Assembly: GCF_048403405.1 (NCBI RefSeq)
Contig: NZ_CP183129.1
Origin: Escherichia coli
GTDB lineage: Bacteria; Pseudomonadota; Gammaproteobacteria; Enterobacterales; Enterobacteriaceae
Length of the DNA stretch: 64,000 nt
Direction: 5' to 3' (one strand)
Each line of letters opens with the position of its first letter. Positions within the stretch are counted from its first letter, which is position 1. Positions 44,041 through 55,400 of this stretch are shown here, piece after piece. Under the pieces are notes generated by a model, which was given only the letters and a program-made list of their open reading frames with translations, had not been told where the DNA came from and searched no databases. The position numbers and the translations under genes were made by a program.

Positions 44041-45399
44041 ATGGAACAATATGATCAAATTGGCGCAAGACTGGACCGCTTGCCTTTGGCCCGGTTTCAT
44101 TATCGTATATTTGGTATTATAAGCTTTAGTCTGTTATTAACGGGTTTTTTGAGTTATTCAGGCAATGTTGTTTTAGCAAAGCTGGTAAGCAATGGATGGT
44201 CAAATAATTTCCTCAATGCCGCCTTTACCTCGGCATTAATGTTTGGTTATTTCATCGGCTCTCTTACCGGTGGGTTCATCGGTGATTATTTTGGGCGGCG
44301 CAGGGCTTTTCGCATAAATCTTCTCATCGTCGGTATTGCGGCAACAGGGGCCGCTTTTGTCCCTGATATGTACTGGCTCATCTTCTTTCGCTTCCTGATG
44401 GGCACAGGAATGGGGGCGCTGATTATGGTTGGCTATGCTTCGTTTACGGAGTTTATCCCCGCGACGGTGCGTGGAAAATGGTCCGCGCGGCTCTCATTTG
44501 TCGGTAACTGGTCGCCCATGTTGTCTGCGGCGATAGGCGTGGTGGTTATCGCTTTTTTTAGTTGGCGGATAATGTTTCTGCTGGGTGGTATTGTCATACT
44601 GTTAGCCTGGTTTCTCTCAGGTAAATACTTTATTGAGTCGCCTCGATGGTTGGCGGGGAAAGGACAAATCGCAGGTGCAGAAAGCCAACTTCGTGAAGTA
44701 GAGCAGCAAATTGAAAGAGAGAAGAGTGTTCGTTTACCCCCGCTTACTTTGAATCAGAGCAACAGCAAGGCTAACGTAATCAATGGTACTTTCTGGCTGC
44801 TGTTTAAAGGGGAAATGTTACGACGTACATTAGTCGCGATTACTGTTTTAATTGCAATGAATATTTCACTTTATACCATCACCGTATGGATACCGACCAT
44901 ATTTGTTAACTCCGGCATTGATGTCGATAAATCAATATTAATGACTGCTGTTATTATGATTGGCGCTCCGGTAGGAATATTTATTGCGGCATTAATTATT
45001 GATCATTTTCCTCGTCGATTATTTGGCTCCGCCTTACTTATTATTATTGCCGTGTTAGGCTATATCTATTCAATTCAGACTACAGAGTGGGCGATTTTAA
45101 TCTATGGCCTGGTGATGATCTTCTTTTTATACATGTATGTTTGCTTCGCGTCGGCGGTTTATATCCCGGAGCTCTGGCCAACGCATTTACGCTTGCGCGG
45201 TTCGGGTTTCGTTAATGCCGTCGGACGGATCGTCGCGGTCTTCACGCCTTATGGCGTTGCGGCACTATTAACGCATTATGGGTCAATCACGGTGTTTATG
45301 GTGCTTGGCGTGATGTTAGTGCTCTGTGCGCTGGTTCTCTCCATTTTTGGCATCGAAACGCGGAAGGTGTCGCTGGAAGAGATTTCTGAGGTGAATTAA
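44041..45399 (+). CDS. ydjE: MFS transporter
   Basis: 452-aa ORF with 12 TM helices, paralogous to ydjK. Confidence 0.9.
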   Translation: MEQYDQIGARLDRLPLARFHYRIFGIISFSLLLTGFLSYSGNVVLAKLVSNGWSNNFLNAAFTSALMFGYFIGSLTGGFIGDYFGRRRAFRINLLIVGIAATGAAFVPDMYWLIFFRFLMGTGMGALIMVGYASFTEFIPATVRGKWSARLSFVGNWSPMLSAAIGVVVIAFFSWRIMFLLGGIVILLAWFLSGKYFIESPRWLAGKGQIAGAESQLREVEQQIEREKSVRLPPLTLNQSNSKANVINGTFWLLFKGEMLRRTLVAITVLIAMNISLYTITVWIPTIFVNSGIDVDKSILMTAVIMIGAPVGIFIAALIIDHFPRRLFGSALLIIIAVLGYIYSIQTTEWAILIYGLVMIFFLYMYVCFASAVYIPELWPTHLRLRGSGFVNAVGRIVAVFTPYGVAALLTHYGSITVFMVLGVMLVLCALVLSIFGIETRKVSLEEISEVN

Positions 45400-45439
45400 A
45401 TCTTTCGTTGATGGCGTCAATTGCCAGATGTACCACTGA

Positions 45440-45474
45440 CGTGTTTTATCTGGCCTACAATGGCAGTACAGAAT
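45440..45474. repeat. REP-like palindrome between convergent ydjE and pncA
   Basis: 12-bp arms CTGGCCTACAAT / ATTGTAGGCCAG around an 11-nt loop. Confidence 0.6.
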
Positions 45475-45491
45475 TGTAGGCCAGCATAAAA

Positions 45492-46133
45492 TTACTCCTG
45501 CGTCTCTTCCCAGTCTGCCAGCGTATATAGCGTTGCCCCAGCTGCTGACATCTCCATAAACGCGTGCGCACTGTCCTGTGGCTGGATATTCACACCACGA
45601 CAACCATCGGTAATCACATTAACCTTATAACCTAACTGTAACGCGTCCAGTACGGTAAACTTCACGCAATAGTCAGTAGCCAGGCCCATAATGATCAATT
45701 CATCGATTTCATGATCGCGTAACCAGTCATCGAGCGTGGTTTTCTGCCGACGGCCGTTATCAAAAAAGGCACTGTAACTGTCAACTAAAGGATTTTCGCC
45801 TTTATGGAACACCGCTGCGATCGCTTTTTGGTTCAGTAACGGATGTAATTGTGCGCCTTCACTGTTCTGCACACAGTGATCTGGCCAGAAGGTTTGTGGC
45901 AAACCGTCGAGTTGGCCTGGCGTATAAGGCTCTACACCGTGCTGACTGGCAAAACTGCCGTGATTCGCCGGGTGCCAGTCCTGACTGGCGATAACCGCTT
46001 CACCGCGCGACTGGCACCAGTCAATCAGGCGGTTAGCGACATCCACCGTACTGTCACCTTCCGGCACGGCGAGCGCGCCACCAGCACAGAAATCATTTTG
46101 TAAATCGACCAGTAACAGGGCGCGAGGGGGCAT
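45492..46133 (-). CDS. pncA: nicotinamidase / pyrazinamidase
   Basis: Start taken at MPPRALLLVDLQNDFCAGG… (213 aa); isochorismatase-like fold. Confidence 0.9.
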   Translation of the reverse strand: MPPRALLLVDLQNDFCAGGALAVPEGDSTVDVANRLIDWCQSRGEAVIASQDWHPANHGSFASQHGVEPYTPGQLDGLPQTFWPDHCVQNSEGAQLHPLLNQKAIAAVFHKGENPLVDSYSAFFDNGRRQKTTLDDWLRDHEIDELIIMGLATDYCVKFTVLDALQLGYKVNVITDGCRGVNIQPQDSAHAFMEMSAAGATLYTLADWEETQE

Positions 46134-46143
46134 TGCAGTCTCC

Positions 46144-47160
46144 TTAATCATCCGGCGTCAGTTCGCCGCGCAGGTTTTGGCTCATGGCCTTGCGAATGGT
46201 TTCAGTATCCAGTTCCTGGCTAAGCAGGTAATGCAGTTTGGTTAGTGTGGCTTCTACAGTCATATCTGCACCGCCAATAACGCCGGCATGGGCGAGGGCG
46301 TTACCGGTGGCATAACCACCCATGTTCACTTTACCGGACATACATTGTGTCAGGTTGACCACCACAATACCGCGATCGCTGGCTTCTTGTAATTCCTGCA
46401 GGAAGGCTTTGTTTTGTGGCGCATTACCCACGCCATATGAGCGCAGAATCAATGCTTTCACCGGTTGGCGCAGAAAATTGCGCACGACGTCAGCAGAAAT
46501 CCCTGGATAAATCGTCACTACGCCAATCGGTTGTGGGGTGATTGGATGAACGATCAATTCCCCTTCACCGTGCGGGGCGGGTGGCGTATTCAAACGACGA
46601 ATATGGATACCTGCTTCCAGTAACGGAGGAAGGTTTGGAGAGGCAAACGCATCAAAACCATCGGCATGGGCTTTGGTGGTACGGTTGCCACGATAAAGTC
46701 GATTATTAAAAAAGAGAGTTACTTCGTTGATAGGATAATTCGCCGCAACGTACAACGCATTCAGCAGATTAATTTGTCCGTCAGAGCGTAACTCAGCTAG
46801 CGGGATTTGTGACCCTGTCACAATGACCGGTTTACCGAGATTCTCGAGCATGAACGACAGCGCAGAGGCGGTATACGCCATCGTGTCGGTGCCGTGCAGA
46901 ATGACAAAACCATCATAGTCGTCATAATGCGCTTTAATATCTTCAGCAATATGCTGCCAGTCTTCTGGCGTCATATCTGAAGAGTCCATCAGCGGCGTAT
47001 ATTCATGAATGGTGAAATCTGGCATCTCCGGGCGATGGAATTCCGGCATCAGCGCCAGTTGGCGCTGTAGATGACCTGACACCGGAATATAACCCTGCTC
47101 GGAACGCTGCATCCCGATGGTCCCGCCCGTGTAGGCGACGTAAATTGATTTCTTTTGCAT
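46144..47160 (-). CDS. ansA: cytoplasmic L-asparaginase 1
   Basis: Start taken at MQKKSIYVAYTGGTIGMQ… (338 aa); asparaginase threonine motif TGGTIG. Confidence 0.92.
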   Translation of the reverse strand: MQKKSIYVAYTGGTIGMQRSEQGYIPVSGHLQRQLALMPEFHRPEMPDFTIHEYTPLMDSSDMTPEDWQHIAEDIKAHYDDYDGFVILHGTDTMAYTASALSFMLENLGKPVIVTGSQIPLAELRSDGQINLLNALYVAANYPINEVTLFFNNRLYRGNRTTKAHADGFDAFASPNLPPLLEAGIHIRRLNTPPAPHGEGELIVHPITPQPIGVVTIYPGISADVVRNFLRQPVKALILRSYGVGNAPQNKAFLQELQEASDRGIVVVNLTQCMSGKVNMGGYATGNALAHAGVIGGADMTVEATLTKLHYLLSQELDTETIRKAMSQNLRGELTPDD

Positions 47161-47289
47161 GATATTGATATGAATGATATCGAAAGAGCAAAAGTATATA
47201 CGTGAGGCAGGGGGAGCGCACCTGATACTATGCGGATAAGGAAATATGGGGCGAGACAGCGGGAAGAGGATTCGTCGAGGTAAAAAAAT

Positions 47290-47312
47290 GTGGCCGACGA
47301 TCTGTCGGCCAC
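47290..47312 (-). terminator. intrinsic terminator of sppA
   Basis: Stem GTGGCCGAC / GTCGGCCAC with loop GATCT, A7 immediately upstream on the plus strand (U-tract on minus). Confidence 0.8.
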
Positions 47313-47324
47313 TCAGTACAAGAC

Positions 47325-49181
47325 TTAACGCACGTTGGCGCAGGTCAGGCAAAACGCATAACGGTTTTGTGGGTCGTTAAACGCGGCCAGCTTGTCGCTT
47401 TCACTTTTAACGGTAGAGGCTACCGAGGCCAGCGGTGCAGGTAACATGGCCTGGAACGCATCTGGCAACATTGCCCGGACAGAACCAGACATGTTGTCCA
47501 TCACTTTGTCGAAGAAGGTCGGTTCATCAACGTAGTATTCCAGATGCCACTGTTTCACTTTTGCCAGCTCTGCTGCTTTGGCGACCGCATCATCGAAATC
47601 CCCGAGACTATCGACCAGCCCGTTAGCTTTTGCATCCTGACCGGTCCAGACGTGGCCCTGGGCGATTTTATCAATCTGCTCCGGCGTCGAATGACGCGCA
47701 TCAGCAACCAGCGTGATAAAGCGTTTATAGCCATTCTCAATGCTTAACTGCATCATCTGCTGCGCTTCCGGCGGCAGTGCCCTGGTGATAGAAACATCCG
47801 CCAGCGGTGAAGTTGAGACACCATCAGTATGAACACCAATCGAATCCAGACTATTTTCTACGGTGGTGATCACGCCGAAGATACCGATAGAACCGGTCAG
47901 GGTGCTGGGGTTAGCCACAATGTAATTAGCTGGCGTGGAAATCCAGTAACCACCAGATGCTGCCATGCCACCCATCGATACAACCACAGGCTTACCCGCT
48001 GCCCGGGCTGCTGCCAGTTCAGCGCGAATCACTTCAGACGCGGTAACGCTGCCGCCTGGGCTATTAACACGCAGGACAATCGCTTTCACTTTCGGGTCAA
48101 GGCGAGCGTCGCGGATTTGTGCCGCAGTGGTATCACCGCCAACATTCCCCTGAGTTTCCTCGCCATCCATAATTGCGCCATTAGCGAAGACGACACCGAT
48201 ACTGTCACCGGTATCTGCCGGCGTTTTCAATGCGTAATCGTAATAACTGATGGCGCGATAATTTTTATCAGTTTTACTCCAGCCGAACTCTTTGGTCAGA
48301 GTTTTTTCGATTTCGGCACTCGATGCCAGTGCATCGACCAGCTTGTTTTCCAGCGCATATTTCGCGGTATCGCCACCGGTTTTGGTTAAACCCTCAAGCA
48401 CCCCTTGCGCGCCAGGGAATACCTGCTGAGCAGGGATCTGCCGGTTAGCGGCAACAGTATTCAGATAGTTTTGCCACAGCTCACCAATCCAGCGGCTGTC
48501 AGCTTCGCGGGCTGCAGGCGACATATCATCACGAATAAACGGTTCAACGGCAGATTTATACGTACCCACGCGGAACACATGGGTGGAAACTTTCAGCTTA
48601 TCCAGCAACGATTTGTAGTACAGACCGTTGGTGGCAAAGCCGTGCAGATCCACCACGCCTTGCGGTGACAGCCAAATTTTATTGGCGAAACTGGCGAGAT
48701 AATATTGCCCCTGGCTGTAGTTCTCGCCAACGGCATAAACCGGTTTCCCGCTGTCACGAAACTCTTTCAGAGCTTTGCCGATGTACTGCATAGACGGCTG
48801 GTCGCCACCTGCGAAGTTTTTCAGATCCATCACGATACCGGTGATATTGCGGTCATCCTTCGCCTGGCGAATGGTATTGACGATATCAAACAGTGAGTTT
48901 TCCTGCAGACGATCGGAACTGGCACCAAGCAGTTGGCGGCTTAATTTACTAAACCGCTGAGAACTGTCGGGTTTATCGACGATCACACCAGAAATGTCCA
49001 GCAGCAGTGCGCCACGACTGGCCGTTTCTTTCGAATCACCACCACTGACCTGCATCCAAATCCCCACACCAACCAGTACGAGAAAAATAAAGAACAGGTT
49101 AAGTACCATTTCACGGACGAAATTCAGCAGACGCCACGTCCATTTAAAAAATCCGGCAATAAATCGCCAAAGGGTTCGCAT
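47325..49181 (-). CDS. sppA: signal peptide peptidase A (protease IV)
   Basis: Start taken at [14 protein letters not shown]… (618 aa); tandem ClpP/crotonase-like peptidase S49 domains. Confidence 0.92.
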
Positions 49182-49341
49182 GTATTCTCCCAACTAAAGG
49201 TCACACCTGTCACAGGCGCAATAGATGTGGTTATCGTAATGACCCAACCGGCACTTGTCAGCAGGAATTGCGGACTGGGCTGTAACAAAATCCACTCTCG
49301 TGTTAATTTTGTGAATAAATATCACGACAGGAGTTAATCAA

Positions 49342-49893
49342 ATGGATGCACTCGAACTATTGATCAATCGCCGTAGCGCCTCCCGCCTGGCTGAACCTGC
49401 GCCAACGGGTGAACAACTGCAAAACATCCTGCGTGCGGGTATGCGTGCGCCGGACCATAAGTCCATGCAACCGTGGCATTTTTTTGTGATTGAAGGGGAA
49501 GGGCGCGAGCGTTTCAGCGCCGTTCTGGAGCAGGGGGCGATTGCTGGCGGTAGTGATGACAAAGCCATCGACAAAGCCCGTAATGCGCCGTACCGCGCAC
49601 CGCTCATCATAACGGTGGTGGCAAAATGCGAAGAAAATCATAAAGTCCCGCGCTGGGAACAGGAAATGTCTGCGGGATGCGCGGTCATGGCGATGCAAAT
49701 GGCAGCAGTTGCCCAGGGGTTTGGCGGCATCTGGCGCAGTGGCGCATTAACTGAAAGTCCGGTAGTGCGTGAAGCATTCGGTTGCCGTGAGCAGGATAAA
49801 ATTGTCGGTTTTCTCTACCTTGGTACGCCGCAGCTGAAAGCATCTACGTCGATTAACGTCCCGGACCCGACGCCGTTTGTCACTTATTTCTGA
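49342..49893 (+). CDS. ydjA: NAD(P)H nitroreductase
   Basis: 183-aa ORF, nitroreductase fold. Confidence 0.9.
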   Translation: MDALELLINRRSASRLAEPAPTGEQLQNILRAGMRAPDHKSMQPWHFFVIEGEGRERFSAVLEQGAIAGGSDDKAIDKARNAPYRAPLIITVVAKCEENHKVPRWEQEMSAGCAVMAMQMAAVAQGFGGIWRSGALTESPVVREAFGCREQDKIVGFLYLGTPQLKASTSINVPDPTPFVTYF

Positions 49894-50009
49894 TAATTGT
49901 CGCGAAACTGTCTGGATTGTGAGCAAAGGCGCAGGAATTCAGACACTCTCACTTATCACTTCACGGAATGAGGGTTACCATACCCGGATTGCATTGACAG
50001 GAGATGTCC

Positions 50010-51053
50010 ATGAGCGAGAACTCGATTCGTTTGACCCAATACAGCCACGGAGCTGGTTGCGGCTGTAAAATTTCCCCAAAAGTGTTGGAAACCATCCTGC
50101 ACAGTGAGCAGGCGAAGTTTGTTGATCCGAATTTGCTTGTGGGTAATGAAACCCGCGACGATGCGGCGGTGTACGATCTGGGCAATGGCACCAGCGTTAT
50201 CAGTACCACCGACTTCTTTATGCCGATCGTTGATAATCCTTTCGATTTTGGCCGCATTGCGGCGACTAACGCCATCAGCGATATCTTCGCGATGGGGGGC
50301 AAACCGATTATGGCGATTGCGATCCTCGGCTGGCCGATTAACAAACTTTCCCCGGAAATTGCCCGCGAAGTAACCGAAGGTGGACGCTATGCATGCCGTC
50401 AGGCGGGTATTGCGCTGGCTGGCGGTCACTCCATCGATGCGCCGGAGCCGATTTTTGGTCTGGCGGTAACGGGGATCGTACCGACCGAGCGGGTGAAGAA
50501 AAACAGTACCGCACAAGCCGGATGCAAACTGTTCCTGACGAAACCGCTGGGGATCGGCGTTCTTACCACGGCTGAGAAAAAATCACTGCTGAAACCAGAA
50601 CATCAGGGACTGGCGACGGAAGTGATGTGCCGGATGAACATCGCAGGCGCGTCCTTTGCCAACATCGAAGGCGTAAAAGCGATGACCGACGTTACGGGCT
50701 TTGGTCTGCTGGGGCATTTAAGCGAAATGTGTCAGGGTGCTGGTGTGCAGGCGCGCGTCGACTATGAAGCGATCCCGAAACTGCCGGGGGTTGAAGAGTA
50801 CATTAAGTTGGGCGCAGTGCCTGGCGGCACCGAACGTAACTTTGCCAGCTACGGTCATCTGATGGGTGAAATGCCGCGTGAAGTGCGCGATCTGCTGTGC
50901 GATCCGCAAACTTCTGGCGGTCTGCTGCTGGCGGTCATGCCGGAAGCAGAAAATGAGGTCAAAGCTACAGCCGCCGAGTTTGGCATTGAACTGACGGCGA
51001 TTGGCGAACTGGTGCCAGCGCGCGGCGGTCGTGCCATGGTTGAGATCCGTTAA
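50010..51053 (+). CDS. selD: selenide, water dikinase (selenophosphate synthetase)
   Basis: Start taken at [23 protein letters not shown]… (347 aa); PurM-like fold. Confidence 0.92.
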
Positions 51054-51057
51054 TTCA

Positions 51058-53013
51058 ATGCGGTTGTTTATTGCCGAAAAACCGAGTCTGGCGCGCGCCA
51101 TTGCTGATGTCCTGCCCAAACCGCACCGGAAAGGCGATGGCTTTATCGAGTGCGGTAATGGTCAGGTGGTGACCTGGTGTATCGGTCACCTGCTTGAGCA
51201 GGCGCAGCCAGACGCCTACGACAGCCGCTATGCGCGCTGGAATCTTGCTGATTTGCCGATTGTCCCGGAAAAGTGGCAATTACAGCCCCGACCCTCCGTG
51301 ACCAAACAACTTAATGTCATCAAACGCTTCCTGCATGAAGCCAGCGAAATCGTTCACGCCGGTGACCCGGATCGCGAAGGGCAATTACTGGTGGATGAAG
51401 TGCTGGACTATCTGCAACTGGCACCGGAAAAGCGCCAGCAGGTGCAGCGTTGCTTGATAAACGACCTGAACCCGCAGGCGGTTGAGCGGGCGATCGACCG
51501 TCTTCGTTCCAACAGTGAGTTTGTGCCGTTGTGCGTTTCTGCACTGGCGCGAGCCCGAGCCGACTGGCTGTACGGCATCAATATGACCCGCGCTTACACC
51601 ATTCTCGGTCGCAATGCGGGTTATCAGGGCGTACTTTCCGTGGGACGCGTGCAGACGCCCGTACTCGGACTGGTGGTGCGCCGCGACGAAGAGATTGAAA
51701 ACTTCGTGGCGAAAGATTTCTTTGAAGTCAAAGCGCATATCGTGACACCTGCCGATGAGCGGTTTACCGCTATCTGGCAACCGAGCGAAGCGTGTGAACC
51801 TTATCAGGATGAAGAAGGGCGCTTGTTACATCGTCCGCTGGCGGAGCATGTGGTCAACCGCATCAGCGGCCAACCGGCTATTGTCACCAGCTATAACGAT
51901 AAACGGGAATCAGAATCCGCACCGCTGCCGTTTTCGCTTTCGGCGTTGCAGATTGAAGCGGCAAAACGCTTTGGTCTGAGTGCGCAGAACGTGCTTGATA
52001 TCTGCCAGAAGTTGTACGAAACGCACAAGCTAATCACTTATCCGCGTTCCGATTGTCGCTATCTGCCGGAAGAGCATTTTGCCGGACGCCACGCAGTGAT
52101 GAATGCCATCAGCGTTCATGCACCGGACTTGTTACCGCAGCCAGTGGTCGATCCAGATATACGCAACCGCTGCTGGGATGACAAAAAGGTCGATGCGCAC
52201 CACGCCATCATCCCGACCGCACGGAGTTCTGCGATCAACCTGACGGAGAACGAAGCGAAGGTCTATAACCTGATTGCCCGTCAGTATTTGATGCAGTTCT
52301 GCCCGGATGCGGTGTTCCGCAAGTGTGTTATCGAACTGGATATTGCCAAAGGCAAATTTGTCGCTAAAGCGCGTTTTCTTGCTGAAGCAGGCTGGCGCAC
52401 GCTGTTAGGCAGCAAAGAGCGCGATGAAGAAAACGACGGTACGCCATTGCCTGTGGTGGCGAAAGGCGATGAGTTGCTGTGTGAAAAAGGTGAAGTGGTA
52501 GAGCGGCAAACCCAGCCGCCGCGTCATTTTACCGATGCAACACTGCTTTCGGCGATGACCGGGATAGCACGTTTTGTGCAGGACAAAGATCTGAAAAAGA
52601 TCCTTCGTGCGACCGATGGTCTGGGGACAGAAGCGACTCGCGCCGGGATTATTGAACTGCTGTTCAAGCGAGGCTTCCTGACCAAAAAAGGGCGCTATAT
52701 CCACTCCACCGACGCCGGAAAAGCATTATTCCATTCGCTGCCAGAGATGGCGACGCGACCGGACATGACCGCGCACTGGGAATCGGTGCTGACGCAAATC
52801 AGCGAAAAGCAGTGTCGCTACCAGGACTTTATGCAACCGCTGGTGGGGACATTGTACCAGTTGATTGATCAGGCAAAGCGCACGTCGGTAAGGCAGTTTC
52901 GGGGAATAATGGCTCCCGGCGGTGGAGAAGGGAAGAAAAAGGATTCGCCACGCAAGAGAGCGCCGAAAAAAAGCCCGCCATCAGAAGAGGCGGGCAATGG
53001 AGTGATAACATAA
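51058..53013 (+). CDS. topB: DNA topoisomerase III
   Basis: Start taken at ATG 51058 ([19 protein letters not shown]…), 4 bp after the selD stop; Toprim and type IA topoisomerase domains; lysine-rich C-terminal tail. Confidence 0.92.
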   Translation: MRLFIAEKPSLARAIADVLPKPHRKGDGFIECGNGQVVTWCIGHLLEQAQPDAYDSRYARWNLADLPIVPEKWQLQPRPSVTKQLNVIKRFLHEASEIVHAGDPDREGQLLVDEVLDYLQLAPEKRQQVQRCLINDLNPQAVERAIDRLRSNSEFVPLCVSALARARADWLYGINMTRAYTILGRNAGYQGVLSVGRVQTPVLGLVVRRDEEIENFVAKDFFEVKAHIVTPADERFTAIWQPSEACEPYQDEEGRLLHRPLAEHVVNRISGQPAIVTSYNDKRESESAPLPFSLSALQIEAAKRFGLSAQNVLDICQKLYETHKLITYPRSDCRYLPEEHFAGRHAVMNAISVHAPDLLPQPVVDPDIRNRCWDDKKVDAHHAIIPTARSSAINLTENEAKVYNLIARQYLMQFCPDAVFRKCVIELDIAKGKFVAKARFLAEAGWRTLLGSKERDEENDGTPLPVVAKGDELLCEKGEVVERQTQPPRHFTDATLLSAMTGIARFVQDKDLKKILRATDGLGTEATRAGIIELLFKRGFLTKKGRYIHSTDAGKALFHSLPEMATRPDMTAHWESVLTQISEKQCRYQDFMQPLVGTLYQLIDQAKRTSVRQFRGIMAPGGGEGKKKDSPRKRAPKKSPPSEEAGNGVIT

Positions 53014-53050
53014 AGGTTCTTTCAACCATCTGATACTGAAGATTTTTATG

Positions 53051-53080
53051 GCCGGATTAGGCGTTTGCGCTGTATCCGGC
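53051..53080. repeat. REP-like palindrome between convergent topB and gdhA
   Basis: GCCGGATTAGGCGTTTGCGCTGTATCCGGC: arms GCCGGAT / ATCCGGC. Confidence 0.55.
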
Positions 53081-53089
53081 ACAATTGTC

Positions 53090-54433
53090 TTAAATCACGC
53101 CCTGGCTTAACATCGCATCCGCAACCTTCACAAAACCGGCAATGTTCGCGCCCTGCACGTAGTTGGTTTGCTCACCTTCACCACCATGCTCAACACAGGC
53201 ATGGTGGATATCCAGCATGATGTGATGCAAACGTGCGTCAACTTTCTCGGCTTTCCAGCCCAGGCGCGCAGCGTTTTGCGCCATTTCCAGGCCCGATGTT
53301 GCTACACCGCCAGCATTAGCCGCTTTACCCGGTGCAAACAGTACGCCTGCCTGCTGGAACAGTTCAGTCGCTTCGATGGTGGTCGGCATATTTGCCCCTT
53401 CGGCGACGGCTTTAACGCCATTGGCGATAAGCTGATGCGCGGCGTCAACATCCAGTTCGTTCTGGGTGGCGCAAGGCAGGGCGATATCAACTGGTACAGA
53501 CCACGGCTGTTGGCCTTCGAGATAGACCAGACCAAATTCTTTGGCGTAATCTGCCACTCGACCATCGCGGCTGGCTTTGATTTCGATAAGACGCGCCAGT
53601 TTCTCTTTCGTGAATCCGCTTTCATCAACTACAGTGCCACTGGAGTCTGACGCAGTGATCACACGAGCACCAAATTCCATCGCTTTTTCGATAGCGTACT
53701 GGGCGACGTTGCCGGAGCCAGAAACGGAAACGCGCATTCCTTCAAAACCCATACCGTGGCGTTTTAGCATTGCTTCTGTGAAATAAACCAGACCGTAGCC
53801 GGTAGCTTCCGGGCGAATAAGACTGCCGCCAAATGAAAGGCCCTTACCGGTGAAGACGCAGGCGGTATTGTTGGAGAGCTTTTTCATCATCCCCGCCATA
53901 AAGCCGACTTCACGACCACCAACCCCGATATCACCTGCCGGAACGTCGGTATCCGCGCCCAGGTGGCGATACAGTTCAGTCATCAGCGCCTGGCAAAAAC
54001 GCATCACTTCACCTTCGCTTTTTCCTTTCGGATCGAAATCGCTGCCGCCTTTACCACCGCCCATCGGCAGAGTAGTCAGGGCATTTTTGAAGGTTTGTTC
54101 GAAGCCGAGGAATTTGAGAATGGAAAGGTTAACTGACGGATGGAAGCGCATACCGCCTTTGTACGGGCCGATGGCAGAGCTGAACTGCACACGCCATGCA
54201 CGGTTGACCTGTACCTGGTTGCGATCATCAACCCATACCACGCGAAACTGGATCACGCGCTCCGGTTCAACCAGACGCTCCAGTAATGACATCTGGCGAT
54301 ATTTTGGATTTTGTTCAAGAAAAGGCCAGAGTGTGGTCATTACTTCACGAACGGCTTGCGCGAACTCGGTTTGATTCGGGTCGCGCTTTTGGACATGGTT
54401 GAGGAATGACTCCAGAGAATATGTCTGATCCAT
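53090..54433 (-). CDS. gdhA: NADP-specific glutamate dehydrogenase
   Basis: 447-aa ORF MDQTYSLESFLNHVQKRDP…; Glu/Leu/Phe/Val dehydrogenase family. Confidence 0.95.
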   Translation of the reverse strand: MDQTYSLESFLNHVQKRDPNQTEFAQAVREVMTTLWPFLEQNPKYRQMSLLERLVEPERVIQFRVVWVDDRNQVQVNRAWRVQFSSAIGPYKGGMRFHPSVNLSILKFLGFEQTFKNALTTLPMGGGKGGSDFDPKGKSEGEVMRFCQALMTELYRHLGADTDVPAGDIGVGGREVGFMAGMMKKLSNNTACVFTGKGLSFGGSLIRPEATGYGLVYFTEAMLKRHGMGFEGMRVSVSGSGNVAQYAIEKAMEFGARVITASDSSGTVVDESGFTKEKLARLIEIKASRDGRVADYAKEFGLVYLEGQQPWSVPVDIALPCATQNELDVDAAHQLIANGVKAVAEGANMPTTIEATELFQQAGVLFAPGKAANAGGVATSGLEMAQNAARLGWKAEKVDARLHHIMLDIHHACVEHGGEGEQTNYVQGANIAGFVKVADAMLSQGVI

Positions 54434-54668
54434 AGATATAAAACCCTTATATATTAATACGATTGTGCTTATGTTGTTTATGTCATGTGCTTTTGCAGTT
54501 TTCGACTATACCATCAAGAATGTGACGGTAAGCAAGAAAAAAATGACCCAGGAAAGCAAATTAATAACGAGAGTAATCTCATAACCAAATGCGATAACTC
54601 AGACGCTAAAGTTTTGCCACCCGGCTACCGTTATCAGTAGCAGAGACAATAACGTTAAGGAGTTCCCT

Positions 54669-54941
54669 GTGAGTCGAGCATTGTTCGCCGTAGTATTAGC
54701 ATTTCCATTAATTGCACTGGCTAACCCGCATTATCGTCCGGACGTGGAGGTAAACGTACCGCCAGAAGTGTTCAGTTCAGGCGGGCAGTCAGCGCAGCCC
54801 TGTACTCAGTGCTGCATTTATCAGGATCAAAATTATTCTGAAGGGGCGGTAATTAAAGCCGAAGGAATACTGCTGCAATGCCAGCGTGATGACAAAACCC
54901 TTAGCACTAATCCGCTGGTCTGGCGGCGCGTAAAGCCATAA
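54669..54941 (+). CDS. ynjH: DUF1496 secreted protein
   Basis: 90-aa ORF with GTG start after AAGGAG and an N-terminal signal peptide. Confidence 0.85.
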   Translation: MSRALFAVVLAFPLIALANPHYRPDVEVNVPPEVFSSGGQSAQPCTQCCIYQDQNYSEGAVIKAEGILLQCQRDDKTLSTNPLVWRRVKP

Positions 54942-55314
54942 ACGCCTCTAATAATGGAATGTCAGCAGGGGCCAGCGGATATTGCAGCGCCTCTTCAGGT
55001 GAGCACCAGACCAGCGCCTGATGTTCATGTGCCTGTAACGTCCCGTGGAAGTCGGGTACGTGCCAGGCATGAAGATGGATAATCCGCCCCGAAACTTCTC
55101 GCTGATGGCTGGCAACATATTCACCCACAGCTGCTTCGATGCCCAGTTCTTCGCGTAACTCACGCACCAGCGCCTGCCGCTGGCTTTCATCCGGCTCGAC
55201 TTTACCACCGGCAAACTCCCATAATCCCGCCTGATCGCTATGGGCGGGGCGTTGCGCGAGTAAAATTTTGCCATCACGTTCGATGATGGCGGCAACAACT
55301 TCAACCATTTTCAT
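54907..55314 (-). CDS. nudG: CTP pyrophosphohydrolase (Nudix)
   Basis: 135-aa ORF; Nudix box GGKVEPDESQRQALVRELREELGI. Confidence 0.9.
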   Translation of the reverse strand: MKMVEVVAAIIERDGKILLAQRPAHSDQAGLWEFAGGKVEPDESQRQALVRELREELGIEAAVGEYVASHQREVSGRIIHLHAWHVPDFHGTLQAHEHQALVWCSPEEALQYPLAPADIPLLEAFMALRAARPAD

Positions 55315-55400
55315 AAATTACACACGGGTAGATAAGCGAAAAATGCCATAATATCCGCACTGTTGCTCAATCAGAAAGGCTTTATATTTAAGGAGTGCCT

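Noticed and set aside
53168-53650. 160-aa plus-strand ORF
   Set aside because: Antisense within gdhA; an artefact of the GC-rich codon structure of the highly expressed gene.
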